Shown here: one piece after another, positions 10,211-23,499 of the stretch
Position numbering within the stretch: the first letter of the stretch is position 1
Layout of the letters: each line of letters starts with the position of its first letter
DNA from: Marsupella aquatica
Taxonomy: Eukaryota > Plantae > Marchantiophyta
DNA: 64,000 nucleotides
Direction of reading: 5' to 3'
Assembly: GCA_973895155.1 (NCBI GenBank)
Contig: OZ316897.1
Location: 13,453,375 to 13,517,374 of the forward strand
Notes under the pieces: generated by a model
Told to the model about the DNA's origin: nothing
The model's input: only the letters and a program-made list of their open reading frames with translations
Database searches by the model: none
Made by a program: the position numbers and the translations under genes

Positions 10211-12578
10211 GAATGTGAGCGAGCGATCAGTCAGTACCGTCCCGCAGTTGGGGAAGTGGACTCCTATTCCAATTCCAAACTTGAGGTCATCTCATTCTCG
10301 CACATCGCTTAAACAGAATCAAAAAAGGACAAGAAACATCGAGAGGAAATCTCGGTTGACTGGTCCTACCACCTATTTATTGTGTTGTTCTTTGCACGAT
10401 CTTTCTCGCTTTCAAGTTTCAACCAAATGATTTGTCATTTCGTTCGGGGAGGTCGAGGTCGAGGTCGAGGTTACGATGGCAGACATTGGAAGAAGGATCG
10501 TTGCGGGTCACGATGTATTTCCGCAGATACAGCGAGTTCTGGCTAAGTGCACACTCCCGCGAGGAGCAAACGGTGTGTACTTAACGAGGGTTCGCACAAG
10601 TGCACAAACTTACAGTGTGTTCGTCATTTGGAAGGACTGAAACAGAAACTGGCATTGGTTCAATCGGAGGTGGAAGGGTCCCCACAAAATCTGGCACTTC
10701 AATCTCATCTAGCGGACTGTACCTAGCTCTCAGCTCAAATTGTTGGAGGAGGGCAAATTAAAGTGGTTACAAGAAGCTGGTCGTATGAAATGGATTTCAG
10801 ATGGGAGGTAAGTGTTCTAAAATACAGTTCAACTCTTTTAAGGCCAATTTGGCGGAAGCTGAAGTTAAAGGGCTGTATGATGAGAATAATGTTGTTCAAC
10901 ATGATTGGGATGCTTTGTCGAAGATTGCTACTGCATTCTTTTCTTCACTTCTCACTTCTAAATCTCAACCTTCGGAAGAAGAGTTGGAAATGGTCTTGAA
11001 AAATGTGAAATGCAGTATCTTGAAGGAAGAAAGGCTGGCTTTAAATGCCCCGCTGACACTTATGATTTTGGAGGCAACGAAGGCTCTTGGAAAAAACAAA
11101 GCTCCGGGGCATGATGGAGTGCCGGCTGAGTTCTTTCTAGCATTTTGGAAGGTTGTTGGACCTCTTTTGCTTGCGCTCTCAACTATGGAATTGAGAAAGG
11201 AAGATTCAGTCACAATTTTCTTGAGGGAATCATTGTTTTACTTCCCAAAGAAAGGAGATGAATTGAAGATTGAGAATAAACTCCTTATTTCTCTTCTCAC
11301 TGTCAGTTATAAGGTTGGAACCAAAACCTATCAACTGAGATTATTAAAGATCTTGATTAGAATTATATTGGATCAACAATATGCGTATCTCCCAGGGAGA
11401 TTGATTCATCATACGATGCTGCTGACCAATGAATTGGTTACCCAAGCAATGCTGGCGGAAGATCTGTATGTGTGTTTAAAACTGGATGTGGTTAAGGCAT
11501 TTGACAGCGTTGAATGGATTTTTATTGAGCAAATGTTGGATAAACTGGGGTTAGGAGAATCCTTCATCAAATTTTTTGGGGCCACTACTACGAATGCCTC
11601 TTCTGCTATCATGTTGAATGGGAAAGTTACTCCAGCATTCAAGGTGACTCCATCTGTAAGAGGGGATGTCCCATTTCTCCCCTGTTCTTTGTCATTGCTA
11701 TGCAGGGTCTCGACTGTTTATTAACAGAGAAATTAGACTCTGGGTTGTTGGAAGGGGTCAAATTTGAGGAAGCGGATATTCATTTAGCTCATCAATTCTA
11801 TGCTGATAATACGACAATCATTCTGCAGGGAGAGAAGCTTAATATTGCTCAATGCAAATTGTTATTTGACATGTTTGCTAAGACATCAGGCTTCGAATGT
11901 GACTGGAGTTCAACCAGTGCTATTTTACTGAGAAGAGATCCCATGCCAAATGAGTTGTCAAACTTGGGTTGGAAGTGGGAATCAATTACAAACTACTCCA
12001 AATTGTTGGGGTATCTTTTGGGGGCTGCAAGCATTGATTTGGATGGTTGAATGGCACAAATCAGATCCATGTTGAAAAGAAGTTGAAGCAGGTTAAATCT
12101 AGACCCCATTCTTTCATGGCTAGGGTCTTGGTTACTAATCATGTTTTGATGGGATCACTTTGGTACATCCTTACACTATGGTGTGATTTGGATACCGATT
12201 TACATGAGATCAAAATGATGCTTATTGACTTTTTATGGGCGGGCCTGTTAAGGATTGCTCTTAGTCTCGTGACTCAAAGGTTACGCTAATTAGGTTAACC
12301 TCAGTTAGAGACTTAGTTGAGGTTAGATTAGTCGTGTGTGAACTTGCATATACCATGGCTAGTGTAAGCCGATGGTATGTACTGCTTGCTCATTGTAACG
12401 AAGCAACTTGAGGAAGAGAGAGAGCTTGTGTGTTCAACTACTCGGAAGTAAAGTTGTTGTGTTCGTGTGGACATAGCCTTGGAGAAGAGGTGAACCATGT
12501 ATGGATTGTGTCGACTACCTAAGCATGGGATGAGTCATGGTTGTATGGTCGTTACGAATGACGTCTTAGTCCAACAAT

Positions 12579-12589
12579 TGGTATCAGAG
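12579..12589 (+). promoter_or_regulatory. Primer-binding site (tRNA-iMet)
   Basis: TGGTATCAGAG 2 nt after the LTR end ...CCAACA. Confidence 0.85.
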
Positions 12590-13327
12590 AAAGCCTGGGA
12601 GGTGACGCTAAGGTGACGATAGGATTTTTTGTGACAGTTTTTTCAGTGGTTAGTGTCAGAAAATTTCACAAACATTAGCACACCATAGATAGATCGGGGC
12701 AAGGGCTTTCCAGCGGTGCTCAGAAATCACTGAACGGAGTTTGTGGTGCGGAGGAATCAAAGTTCTCGTTGTTCTGGATTTCTTGTGATTCGTGTTCAAC
12801 GGTTTTCTTTGACGGTTCTTATGGGGGGGACCTGAGATCGCTTTCTTGACGGTGTGAGCTTTGCGGTGTGTGAGGTGCTACATGCTATAGCTCAAATTGT
12901 AGATCAAGACAAGTTGGTCGTTTTGGTCCCTAGTGTGCTAACGTTTGCAGAGCGAGTGCGACGCAACAAGTGAAATAGTCGCTTTTGGTTTTGTTTATGG
13001 CTATGGAGAAATAGCCTTGACTGAACCGGCCGGCGCCATTTTTGGGCTCGATTGCCCTTCCCACCCTCATTTTTTCCCTTGCGAGCCCTTTCGGCCCCGC
13101 CATCCTACCGACAACCGCTTTGCGGCTTTGCTTGCAAGCACCGGCAAGGCTAACCCCGACCCGGCCCTCCTTACGCATACGTGCGAGTACACGGCTGACT
13201 GGATGCCCTGTATATGCGTGGCGTCCTGTATGCACCTTTAATACCTATATTTTTTGCTAAGAGGCTTAGCACCCCCTTTAGGGCAGATTTTAATTTTTTC
13301 CCTCCCTCTCCTCATTGGTTGTGCCAC

Positions 13328-14525
13328 TGTTGTAAAAAAATGAGTTTTGGAGTTAGAATACCTCACATAGAGTTTCTCACTCCATTAGACATTATTAAAA
13401 ATTAAATAAAAATAAATAGTGTGACTTAGAGTAGTCATTTATAAATTATTAGATAAAATAGACCAAAATCATAGAATAGGAAAATAAATAATAGTATACC
13501 AAAATAATAGTAGACCAAATGAGTATAGTAGGCCAAGATAATAGAATAGGACAAAATAAAATAGTGGGCAAAAAAGTGGGCTAGCAAATTGTGGGTAGTC
13601 CACTTTACAAAATAGTGGACTAAGATAGTGGGCAAAAAAATGGGCTAGCAAATTGTGGATAGTCCACTTTACAAAACAGTGTGCTAAGATAGTGGGCAAA
13701 AAATTGGGCTAGCAAATTGTGGGTGGTCAACATTTCAAAGTATAAATAGAGGAAACTTGCTTCCCATAGGGCATTGTGTTCCCACTATTGAGAGTTGAGT
13801 TCATGGTTTGCCTTGATATAACGGAGGGCTATGCCGCCGATTTTCATGATGGAAGGAATTGAGGATTTTTTTTATGGTCATGGAGGGCTATGCCACCACT
13901 TGAGCACCTTAAGTTAAATACTCAAATCTGGCAAGGACGGCTATGTCACCTGTATCAAGGATATATTATCAAAGGTTAACTTATACCATAGGCTTTAGCT
14001 ATTCCCCATAGATTGTGAATGATGTTGCATGGATTGTCAAGAGTGCATAGATCGTCGGGAGTGGTTGTCAACCCATTTTTGATTAGATTACATTGTTTAG
14101 ATAAAAATATAATGCATCAAACACTTATGTATCAGTTTGGTATAGATTTTGCCACCATGGTTATGAATTCAAATATTCCACTCGTATATCCCATAGTTAC
14201 TTATGAAGAAGAGTGGGTGTGTACTATCTATATTTTGTATTAGAAAAGATGGATTTGAATCCCAAGTCCAATCTTAAATTTGATGTCTTCCTTAAGTCTA
14301 AAGATTATTGTACGAAGGAAGATAGCGTGTAGGGAAATCTTAGTAAGAAAGTTTGGAGAAGATTTGTATAATGTTATAATATCTTTGAATAAAGCTCTAA
14401 TACTTTACAGGGATCATGCAAGGGGAACTTTAAGTATTTTTGTGCTTGTATAGTTTAGGTGAGTAGTCGTATTTGCACAGGCAGCAAGACCCAGTGCCTC
14501 TCAAGTAGTTTAAAACCCCAATACA
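13328..14525. mobile_element. Solo LTR, family A copy 1 (~1.2 kb)
   Basis: TGTTG...ATACA ends. Flanks CCAC/CCGC form a 4-bp TSD with one mismatch. Highly similar to 34514-35732. Internal ~64-bp tandem repeats (TAGTGGGC...TGGGCTAGCAAATTGTGG). Confidence 0.8.
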
Positions 14526-15659
14526 CCGCCTCCCAGGACCGGTGACCCTCAAATTTTACCCCTCTAATAGGGGGAACGGCCCCTATGAGACCTGCTGCAC
14601 AGTCAAAGAATATTCTTGAAAAAATAGAGAGCATGTTTTTGACAATTAGGTCAACCTCATTTAGGGACTTAGCTAAGGTTAGGTTAGTCGTGTGTGACCT
14701 TGCATATACCACGGCTAGTATAAGTTGATGGTATGTAGTGCTTGCTCATTGTAACAAAACAACTTGAGGAAGAGAGAAAGCTTGTGTGTTCGACTATTCT
14801 GAAATAAAGTTGTTGTGTTTGTGTGGATGTAGCCTTGGAGAAGAGATGAACCATGTATGGATTGTGTCGACTACCTAAGCATGGGATGAGTCATAGTTGT
14901 ATGGTCGTTGCGAATGACGTCTTAGTTCAACAGGGCCAAGAGATTTTGGCTAGACACATAATTAACTTCCAAATTTTGGTGCTGCCTAAAAAAGAAGGAG
15001 GGATTGGTTTGATGTCCTTTTGAAGAGCAGGTAATGGCGCTTGTTGCAAGGTTTATCGAGTTTGCTATGATGTGTGGCAATCATCCATTTCAAGTGCTAT
15101 TGCGATACAAAATTCACAAACTATCTTTCCATAAATGGGGTTCGGGGGACTATGCTTGGGTCTTTAACAAGTGTTGTTCACTGTCGACTGAGGGTTCTGA
15201 GGTATGGTCAAATATCTGTAACTCATGGAATAAATTGAAGGTGAAACTTGAATTATCTGTACTAGAGAATAGGAATGAGGTATTAGCTCAGCCCTTATGG
15301 TCACCTTCATTTAATCATGTTGATTCTAAGTTGGTTGGTTGTAATTCTGTTCCTCGTCAATTTTTGAGAAGTCTGGAACTGATCTGTTGGAGGGCTGTTT
15401 TGGAGGATAATTTTGCACCTAGAGTATGGAGTCAGTTTGGATCTGCTCTAAAGAAATACAAGAGATTGCTTCACGCTTCTTTCCCTAATTCTTCTAAGAA
15501 ATTCCCTAATTCTTCTAAGAATCTTTTGATCTCTCAAGAACCGATCTTGGAAGGAAATCTTGTGTAGAAAATATTGTTATCGAATAGCTTAGTGAACGGT
15601 AGTTGGATGTTGTCTGAGATTCAAGGGATGCAGGTTCAAACGTTTGTGAGTAAAGCTAC

Positions 15660-16098
15660 ATCATCAGTTATCAGTATTTTTCATCAGTCGGCCTGATATC
15701 AGTCGACCTGATATCAGTCGCCATGTCATCTCAGAGAGGCCGCCAAGTTGAGGCGCCAAAAAAAAAGGCAAAAAGAAAATTTCAATTTTTTTCTCAAAAT
15801 TTGATGGAGAAAACAAAATGAAAAAAAAATCCACTACGGATGTCCGTACCGTACGGATACCACATCTCGGTGTGATAGTCCAATGTCCGTACAGTACGGA
15901 CGCCAAATTTGTCGATTTTTTTTTTGGTTGCAAAATTTTTTTATTAATTTTTTTTCTTACGTTGATCTGGGCGAGGTCAGCTGAGATTGAGTCAATCTCA
16001 GCTGCCCCAGCTGAGATGTGCAAAAATGCAAAGACCCTATCTCAGCTACTCAGTTGAGATTCAAAAATTTCAAGGCGGAAAAATTGATAACTGATGAT
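15660..16098. mobile_element. MITE / non-autonomous DNA transposon (~440 bp) inserted in the LINE
   Basis: Perfect 14-bp TIR ATCATCAGTTATCA / TGATAACTGATGAT and several internal palindromes. TSD not resolved. Confidence 0.75.
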
Positions 16099-16736
16099 CC
16101 TCGCTACCCCAACATTCGTGATTCCAAATGGTTTTCTTCAATTGGTTCATCCTCTGTAAATTTTGGGTGATCTATATTTCTCATAATGATCATTGATCAT
16201 GTCAACAACTGGAAGTCTCACAAGAAAGAGACTAGAATTGTGATGTCTTATATTTCTGATTTTGGAAAGTCATCTAGATTTCACTGGAAAGATGGGAATA
16301 ATTTTTTTCACTCTTCAACAACTAGTTTACGTAGGATGTTACAACAGAGATTGTTGGTGGAGGTAGTGGGCATCAAGAAGTGGAGAATGGAGCTCAAGGG
16401 TGTTCCTAAGGATAGGCTGATTTGGGGTCATGTTTGAAAATCATTTTGGGAGAAGAAGATCAATCATTTTCTATCGCAGATTGCTCATCGTTTGGTGCTA
16501 CAAAGCACTACATTGGTAGAAGATCCCAACGGAAGGATGAAAATGGTTGTATTATTCCATTTTCCAGATTGGATGTTGCGTGGTGGTGTTGGAGATGTGA
16601 TCTGCAGAAACATGAAGACATTCTTCACTGTCTGTGGTCTTGTCATGAATCCGTTATTCTTTGGAATTGGAGTAGGTTGCTTTTGAGGTTAGCTAGCGTT
16701 AACTTGAATGGTTTCCTTTTGGGGGTTGTTCATGTG

Positions 16737-19700
16737 TGTCAACAACACCTTGCAATGGGGCTTAACTCTCTACTAGAGTTAACTTCACCACTTATGCCCC
16801 TTCTTATCGTTCTTCGGGTTCCTAGGACGGGTGAATAGCAGGACAGGAGGTCTCTTTCTCCTTAACTCTATCTTTTCTCACTCACACACCCAACTGGGTA
16901 ATTTTATTTCCACCGCTGGAAAGATAACCTCAAAGGGTGGCTATCACTCCCTTGCTTTCCCGATGGAAAACACTCACACACCCCCACTCCCGATCTCAAC
17001 ACGGTAAACTGTGCCCACTCACAAGTTGTCCCCACAAACTCCCCATGTGGCTGCCCCTCCAAGAGTTCCCTCCGCTTACTTCACCATAAGCTTCAAGACC
17101 ATCACTTCCTATCTCAACAAGGTAAGTGCTTGGTCCCTCCGTCACTCCCTAGCTAAGCCTCACCCCTCTTGGTGTTGAGTCACACCTGAGCTTGCATACA
17201 CACTCACTGGATTCAAATAACCGCTGGATAGACACTTCAAGACTGAGGCTTACGCATGAGCCTTTACTGCAAGGAATGGTACAAGATTAGATCACAACAC
17301 TTCCCCCTACCCTCTCCTTGCTGCTACCTAGTGGACTAGTCCCTTGTCCACACTCCCTAGTGCCTTAAGCCAATGCTGACTCTCCCTAAGTGAGATCTCA
17401 GCCCCTAGGCTCTCAGCCTTCAAGAGAATGTGCAAGTGAACAAGTGAGGAGACAGCCCCCTGGTTCTCCTCTTTATTTCAACACCCCAGGCTCCAAACCA
17501 ACCCAAGCCAAACCAAACCAGGCCTAAGGTGCTAACTCAGGTTAGTGGTCACCCTAGAACTTAACCCAAGCGTAACTACTTTCCCGCTAATCCTTAACCC
17601 GGATTAAATTTCTATCTTAACCGTAGGTCAACTTAACTACAACCAGTACTCTGGTTTCCACACAAGACCTGAACAACGGCCACCTCTTAGTAAGACGAGA
17701 AACCAGGGTACCCCCTTGGTAACTCTTACAACTAACCGAGTTGTAAATTGACTGGAACACAATATTTCTCACAGTAACAACTTCAAGCTCGGCCTACACC
17801 TGAGAATTAATACGTCACTGAGTTTTGGGTTACCATTGAGTCTCGGATTTTGCCGTTGAGACTCGGGTTACCACAGAAATACAGGTCAGCTTTTACCTAG
17901 TTGTAAATTTACCCGACTAAGACAACTATCGCTTGAGTTGGGTCTAACTAGAATGCTGGCATTAGCAGTTATTCTATGGCTACTGTGCGAGTGCAAGGCT
18001 GAGCTATCTAGCAATAACTCATCGTATACCAGCACCCATCAAGTGTTGGGCTTCATAATAGTCCAACAATTTATTACAAATATATAGTGGTTTTCCAGCC
18101 TTCATGAAAACTCCTTAGCATATCCTATTGGGATAAAAACAGTCTCTCAGGCCTTCATGAAGTCGAGGCACCCCTGTTGGGCCCTCCTCTGGACTTCTTG
18201 GTCCTCTATTGGCCTTGAACCGGCTCCAAAAAGTCCCTCAAACCCGGTTGCAAAATATCATTTTAGTTTAATTAGAGTTGCTGTTAGCTACTCAAACGAA
18301 CAGCTCAGAAAGCTCTTACTATTGGTATCCCAACTGAAATCCCTAGCAACCAACAGGTCTCGGGTTCAAAACTTGCCGCCACCAAACTCACCAAGTAAGT
18401 TTTTCCTAAGCCCTACTCGTGCTTTTTTCTTTTCCTTCCCAAAGCTTCAGTAAGCGGCCGCGAGCTGCTTCATAGTTGCGAGCTCCACAGCCAGGAGCAT
18501 GATTGAAGCGGGAGGAATTCCCTCCCCATAGTAGCAAACTCCATAGCCAGGATTTCAGCCCCTCAACAATCCCCACAGCCAGCAGCGCCTCCCCTGGTGA
18601 ACAACTACTTAGTGAACATCACTCAGCAACAAGCTCCATTGAATACACAATCAACTGCACAAAGCTCATCTTCAACAGTCCAAAGTTGCTTACTACCACA
18701 ACAGTAAAACTCCAAGCTCTCAGCTTCGATCAGCTAGCTCATAGCAACAAACTCAATTAAACACAAACTCCTTTGGCGCTTCGAACTTAAATTGAACATC
18801 AAGCCTCTTTGGTAACATCGTAGTAGCACTTGGCAGTAGCGAGCTCCTCAGTGGCACCAAGCTCTCAACATCGAGTAGCAAGATCAAGCTCTTCTTTCAT
18901 CAACGTAGCACCTAGTTAGCAGCAGCCTCTATTCAATACATGCTCAGTACTACTCTCATCTCCAGCAGTTTGAAACTGCTCACTAATCCCAGCAGCAAAA
19001 GCTCTTTGGTAGAGTAATCAACCATTCAATTCAATTGCAAATGGCAACACTGCAACAGCGAGGCTCAATTGAACGGCAACATTGAATCTCCATCCACCCA
19101 CTCCTCACCCAGCCATCTCCTTATCTCCCTGCCTAAAATCAAGCTCCTTGTGTGTGCTCTCCGGATTTCATGACTCAACTCTAATTGTCCTTATGGAAGG
19201 AGTTGATTCCGCTTAATTGCACCTACCTACCATCATGCTGGAATTTTGTTGTTTCCCCATCACTGCTATGTAGTTTTCTTTTGAAATCTTGTCCTTATGA
19301 AAGGGCTTAGGTGGTGACACCTGGCTTTTCTTGTTCGGAATTGACTCTAGTTCTCGACATAGTTAGCTTGGCCTTACTAGGGTTAGTTTTAACCCTAGAT
19401 TACATTTGGATAAGATCCGCTTATTTAGGCCCACTCATCTTGGCCCCCTTGGGGGTATAGGCTGGAGGGAGAGCACTCTCTCCCTCATTCTTCACATGTA
19501 CTCTCATTTGCTATGGAGCCTTCAGGAGTTTCTCCACTCGGGGTGTCTCGTCGGTGTAGCGTTTGATTGAGTGTCTCTCATGTTTCCGTATTGCTATCTA
19601 GTCCGGAACCGACAATTTCTTACATTTCTCACTAACCCTCATAGCATTCTTTCATTGTATTCCATTACTCCTATGGTATCCCATTTGAGTATACTTATAA

Positions 19701-20101
19701 CAGGATCCCGGTTTCATAAATCTCCAATAGTGTGCCCGGACCTCCATTTTACTTGAATTTTTGCTAGTGAGCTCCTTGAACCTAAAACTAACTACTTGCT
19801 AAATTCTTAGCTCTAACTCTATTCTAAGACTTTTATCTAATTCTGCTAAGTCGACCATCTTTTTTATTTACGGTCACTTTTATTTAAACTACAAATGTTA
19901 ACCTAATAAATTCTAACCTAACTTGTCTTTTCCTAACTCGGTTAGGCAACCCATACTAAATTATCTTGGCCCCCCTACCACTTACTATTCGTCTCTTTGT
20001 TCTCCTAACCCTTATTTATTGCTAACCATGGTTACTTCTAACTGTAGTTATGTCATTTTTAACTCTAGTTAAACAACTATTACTTAATTTGGCATCCGAC
20101 A
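16737..20101. mobile_element. Large solo LTR (or non-coding LTR derivative), 3365 bp
   Basis: TGTC...GACA termini and 5-bp TSD ATGTG (16732-36 / 20102-06). The LINE reading frame rejoins across it. No credible ORF inside. Confidence 0.82.
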
Positions 20102-20539
20102 ATGTGCTTCTGGGGGCTCTTGCTTTTGATGGTATGGTAAATTTTCCTTCTAAGCTGTGGAAAATTGTTTGAGGTATTACTTTATGGCAAATCTGGAAAG
20201 TCCGTTGCTCATTGGAAAAAGCTAAGTTGAAGACCCCGGTGGTGAGGGGAAGATCCCGATGGTGAGGGGTCAGATGAGGGGAGGGCCAGCTTGTGGCTTG
20301 GGCCGGGGATGGGTCCGGGGGAGAAAGTCCAGGAAGGAAATTTGGGAAAAATTTGGGGCGGGCCGGAGTTTATGCTAATTTAGGGCAACTTTGGCGACCA
20401 TGATTAGGGTTATGGACGTCGGCCTCGCTAAATATAAGATGTTTTTGTCCTCTAAAATGTATAAAAGCTTCAGATTTTTTATGAGACACACACTTCACCA
20501 AGAGTAGAGAGCACATTATGTAAGGAGGGATAAAGAGGA

Positions 20540-20875
20540 CTTTTGTGCATGCATGCTTGGAGTTTTGGCTCAGCATGTGATAATTTGTACAATAATTTTT
20601 ATTATTCGTTAACAATTTAGTGGTACTTTGTGGGTTTTGTGAAATAATTTTTGACAATATAGGCATTCATATACGCATGTTTGGAGCTTTGGCTTGACAT
20701 GTGATACTTTGCATGATTATCATAATTTGTCATAAAGTTTTTCACTCTATCGACAAATTCTCACTAAATTATAAATATCACATACATCGGATAAGAATGT
20801 TAGCATAGTCTTTGAAACAAAAAAACCATTGTGCGCATGCTTGGAGTTTAACTTGGTGTGTAATAATTTGTAGTA
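20540..20875 (+). repeat. Left array of three ~45-bp motifs (GCATGCTTGGAG...TGT.ATA.TTTG)
   Basis: Copies at ~20543, 20671 and 20829. Inverted counterpart at 33560-33895. Confidence 0.8.
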
Positions 20876-20975
20876 GTTTTTTTCCTCATTTTATTGTTGT
20901 TATGTTCAAAACAATAATAAAAATCATTATACTTTGAAGAAAAGATTTTGTGTTTGAAGTTTGTTATTTTCAATC

Positions 20976-23460
20976 ATGCCTTTAGAAGAAGATAAGTTGG
21001 ACAATTCATCAGCTCATTCCACTCCTGTTAGACATGATCTATATCAGAGTAAAGAACGTAGTGACAAACTTTTCCCAGTGTGAAAATGTTTTGAGTGATG
21101 TGATACTCCATCAATATGGAATGACATCAATCGTATATATCAAAGATGCAAATTTTGCAAGAAATATACTATGCATTATGCAACACGAGCAAGAGCACAT
21201 TTGATGAAAAATATCCACAAAGAAGATGCGTCACCTTGCACAGGCCTGTATGGACTTCTCGACTTAGATGATATCAATAAAATATATAATGTCATCAAAG
21301 TTGACCTATCCATATAGTACAAACAAAGTGACGGAAATCATGTCCTGTCCATGAAAGATCGTAGGTCATATAATTAATCCATCTTCTAATTCGCAAGCAT
21401 CAACTCAAGACTCAAATTTTGTTGACCTAAAACATGATAGAAATATGAGTCATCCAATTAGGGCATCAAGTCTTTCAAATCCAATCATGGATGCTTATCA
21501 AATTCTAAATATAGTCCATTTGGGTAAGTTGTGGACAAAAGCCATTTATTCAAGTGGTATTTTGTTCAATAAATGTAAGAATCCTTTCTTTCGTGAAGCA
21601 GTCACAAAGATTTCAAAGGGATTGTAAATGGATATTATCTTCCGAGTATGCAAAATTTTAAAATAAAATAATTGGAATAAGCTAAACTTGATCTTAGAAA
21701 GGACATGACAAAAATAATGAAAGAGGCAAAACCTTTTGGATATTTCTTTTCATCTGACGGATGGAAAAATATCTGAAGAGACCTTTGATGAATTATGTCA
21801 TGTTGTTGAATTCAAAATGAGATTTTTTCTTGGATAGTTGGAATGCAGTGCAAGTAGATAAGAAAGATAGAAAATATATTGATGAGATGTGGTTAAAATA
21901 CATAGATGAAATTGGTGCAGATTATAACATACAAATTGTTATCAATGGGGTAATTGCAAATCGCGTAACAGGTGAAAAGATAGTCATGAAAAATATTTGC
22001 ATGTGACTTGTTGTTGGTGTGCTGCCCAAATGTTTAATTTGTTGCTAAAAGACATGTGTGGCCACGAGAATGTAATGCTAGACGAACGCAAAAAAATAAA
22101 TTCAAACATATTTTTAAACACTTGAGATGGATAATAAAAGCGGTTACATTATTACAGAAATTGTGTGCAATATTTGTGAAAAAATTTGGCTACAACAAAA
22201 TGTTAAATTCAAATGCAATGAGTTTTACAATCAATTTTTTAATGGCGTAAAGAGCATTAGAGCTAAGAGAAACTCTATAATTAATGATCATTGATGATAA
22301 ATGACAATCTTATCGTAATCGATTATCAGTTTGACCAAAATCATAGGGACATATGACGAGTGCAAAGACACACAAACTTAAATCATGGATACAGCAAGAT
22401 ATATTTTGGGCTTAAGTAAAATCTACAATGAATTTTTTCTTTATATTGGTGAAAATACCGCGCAAATTATTGATGGAGTTTCACCACAATCTTTTTGGTT
22501 GTATTGGAGCTTGAAAAAAAGAGAATAGCTAAATTGGAGACCAGAATGGAGGAGTATTCATTGGTAACGTATTACTTGAAACCAAAGATAATGAAAGTGT
22601 ATATGAATTGACAAAAAGATTTTACTACTGATTTCATGCTAGCTATAGCATGTATGAATCCCCAAATTTTTTTTGATGAAGATGAAGATGTGATAGGAAA
22701 TTATGCAAATCTGTATAGAGGCTTCAATGATTACATTTATAGATACGCAAAATACAAGGTGAAGGCAACAACCATGATCGAGATGTGACCACACTTATTT
22801 TTGATATCCAAATGCAAGCATTCGAGGCTCAAAAGAAATTGTCAAACACATAAGTTAGAATCAGAGGAGCTCAATTAAATTTTGGAAAATTAAGTCCAGG
22901 AAAATGGGGTGACATTTGTATGGGGCTGATTACAAGGATCTAAGAATCATGGCCAAGAAAATCACGCATCTACAAATATGTGCATCTTCATGTGAATAGA
23001 ATTGAAATGAATACGGCTTTATACATTCAAAAAGCCGTAATAGATTGACCAATGATAAGACAAAAGACTTAGTTTTTGTATTCACAAATTTGAGAGTGTA
23101 AAAAAGGCTTACAAAGGTGAGAAACCATCATGTATAGATAATATGATGAAAGAACACTAATAAATGATGGATCAAAGCTTATTTTCACAGAAGGCTACCA
23201 CAATGAACAACATGGTGTAGCATGTGCATCTCTTGGAGAAGAAAACGTGAATAATTTTGATACAATTGATGACGCTGATGAGACTTTGCAAGAATTGTCA
23301 TTACAAAATGATAGTGACGAGTTGACTCGTATCCCACCAGATACTCAAATAAGTGATGTTGAAGAATAAGAGGCTGAAATGGATTTGATGATATTTCCTA
23401 CAATCGATGAGTCTCAAATTCAAGATGATGAGGACTATTCATTGGATAGAGACTTTGTAA
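20976..23460 (+). pseudogene. hAT-superfamily transposase (BED finger, DUF659-type region, C-terminal dimerisation domain), heavily mutated
   Basis: RCKFCKK...TRARAHL BED finger (~21140-21205); SSGILFN.CKNPFF; SSDGWKN; ASSCE*N*NEYGFIHSKSRNRL...DLVFVFTNLR (~22980-23095). Many stops. Confidence 0.85.
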
Positions 23461-23499
23461 TGCTTTCCCAACCAATCTCATCCTTCACATACCTAACAT

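Larger units (their letters stand above)
12246..14932 (+). mobile_element. Non-coding (internally deleted) LTR retrotransposon inserted in the LINE
   Basis: TG..CA ends and 5-bp TSD GGGCC (12241-45 / 14933-37). 5' LTR 12246-12576. 3' LTR ~14644-14932 lacks its first ~40 bp; ~26 mismatches in ~290 bp by hand count. Confidence 0.9.
10620..20215 (+). mobile_element. 5'-truncated L1-like LINE ORF2 (RT + zf-RVT), decayed and split by three insertions
   Basis: Linker RMKWISDG; KAPGHDGVPAEFF, KLDVVKAFDSVEW and FYADNT (10801-12245). Resumes LPKKEGGIGL after 14933. zf-RVT WCWRC...HCLWSC at ~16590-16650. Resumes LWQIWKVRC after 20102. Confidence 0.9.

Noticed and set aside
9496-10312. Plus-strand ORFs overlapping the PHD gene
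   Set aside because: Antisense shadows of a GC-rich CDS with no recognisable motifs.
14019-14243. Duplicated 74-aa ORF (also at 35222-35446) as a small gene
   Set aside because: It lies within two near-identical solo LTRs, so the conservation reflects repeat identity. No domain was recognised.
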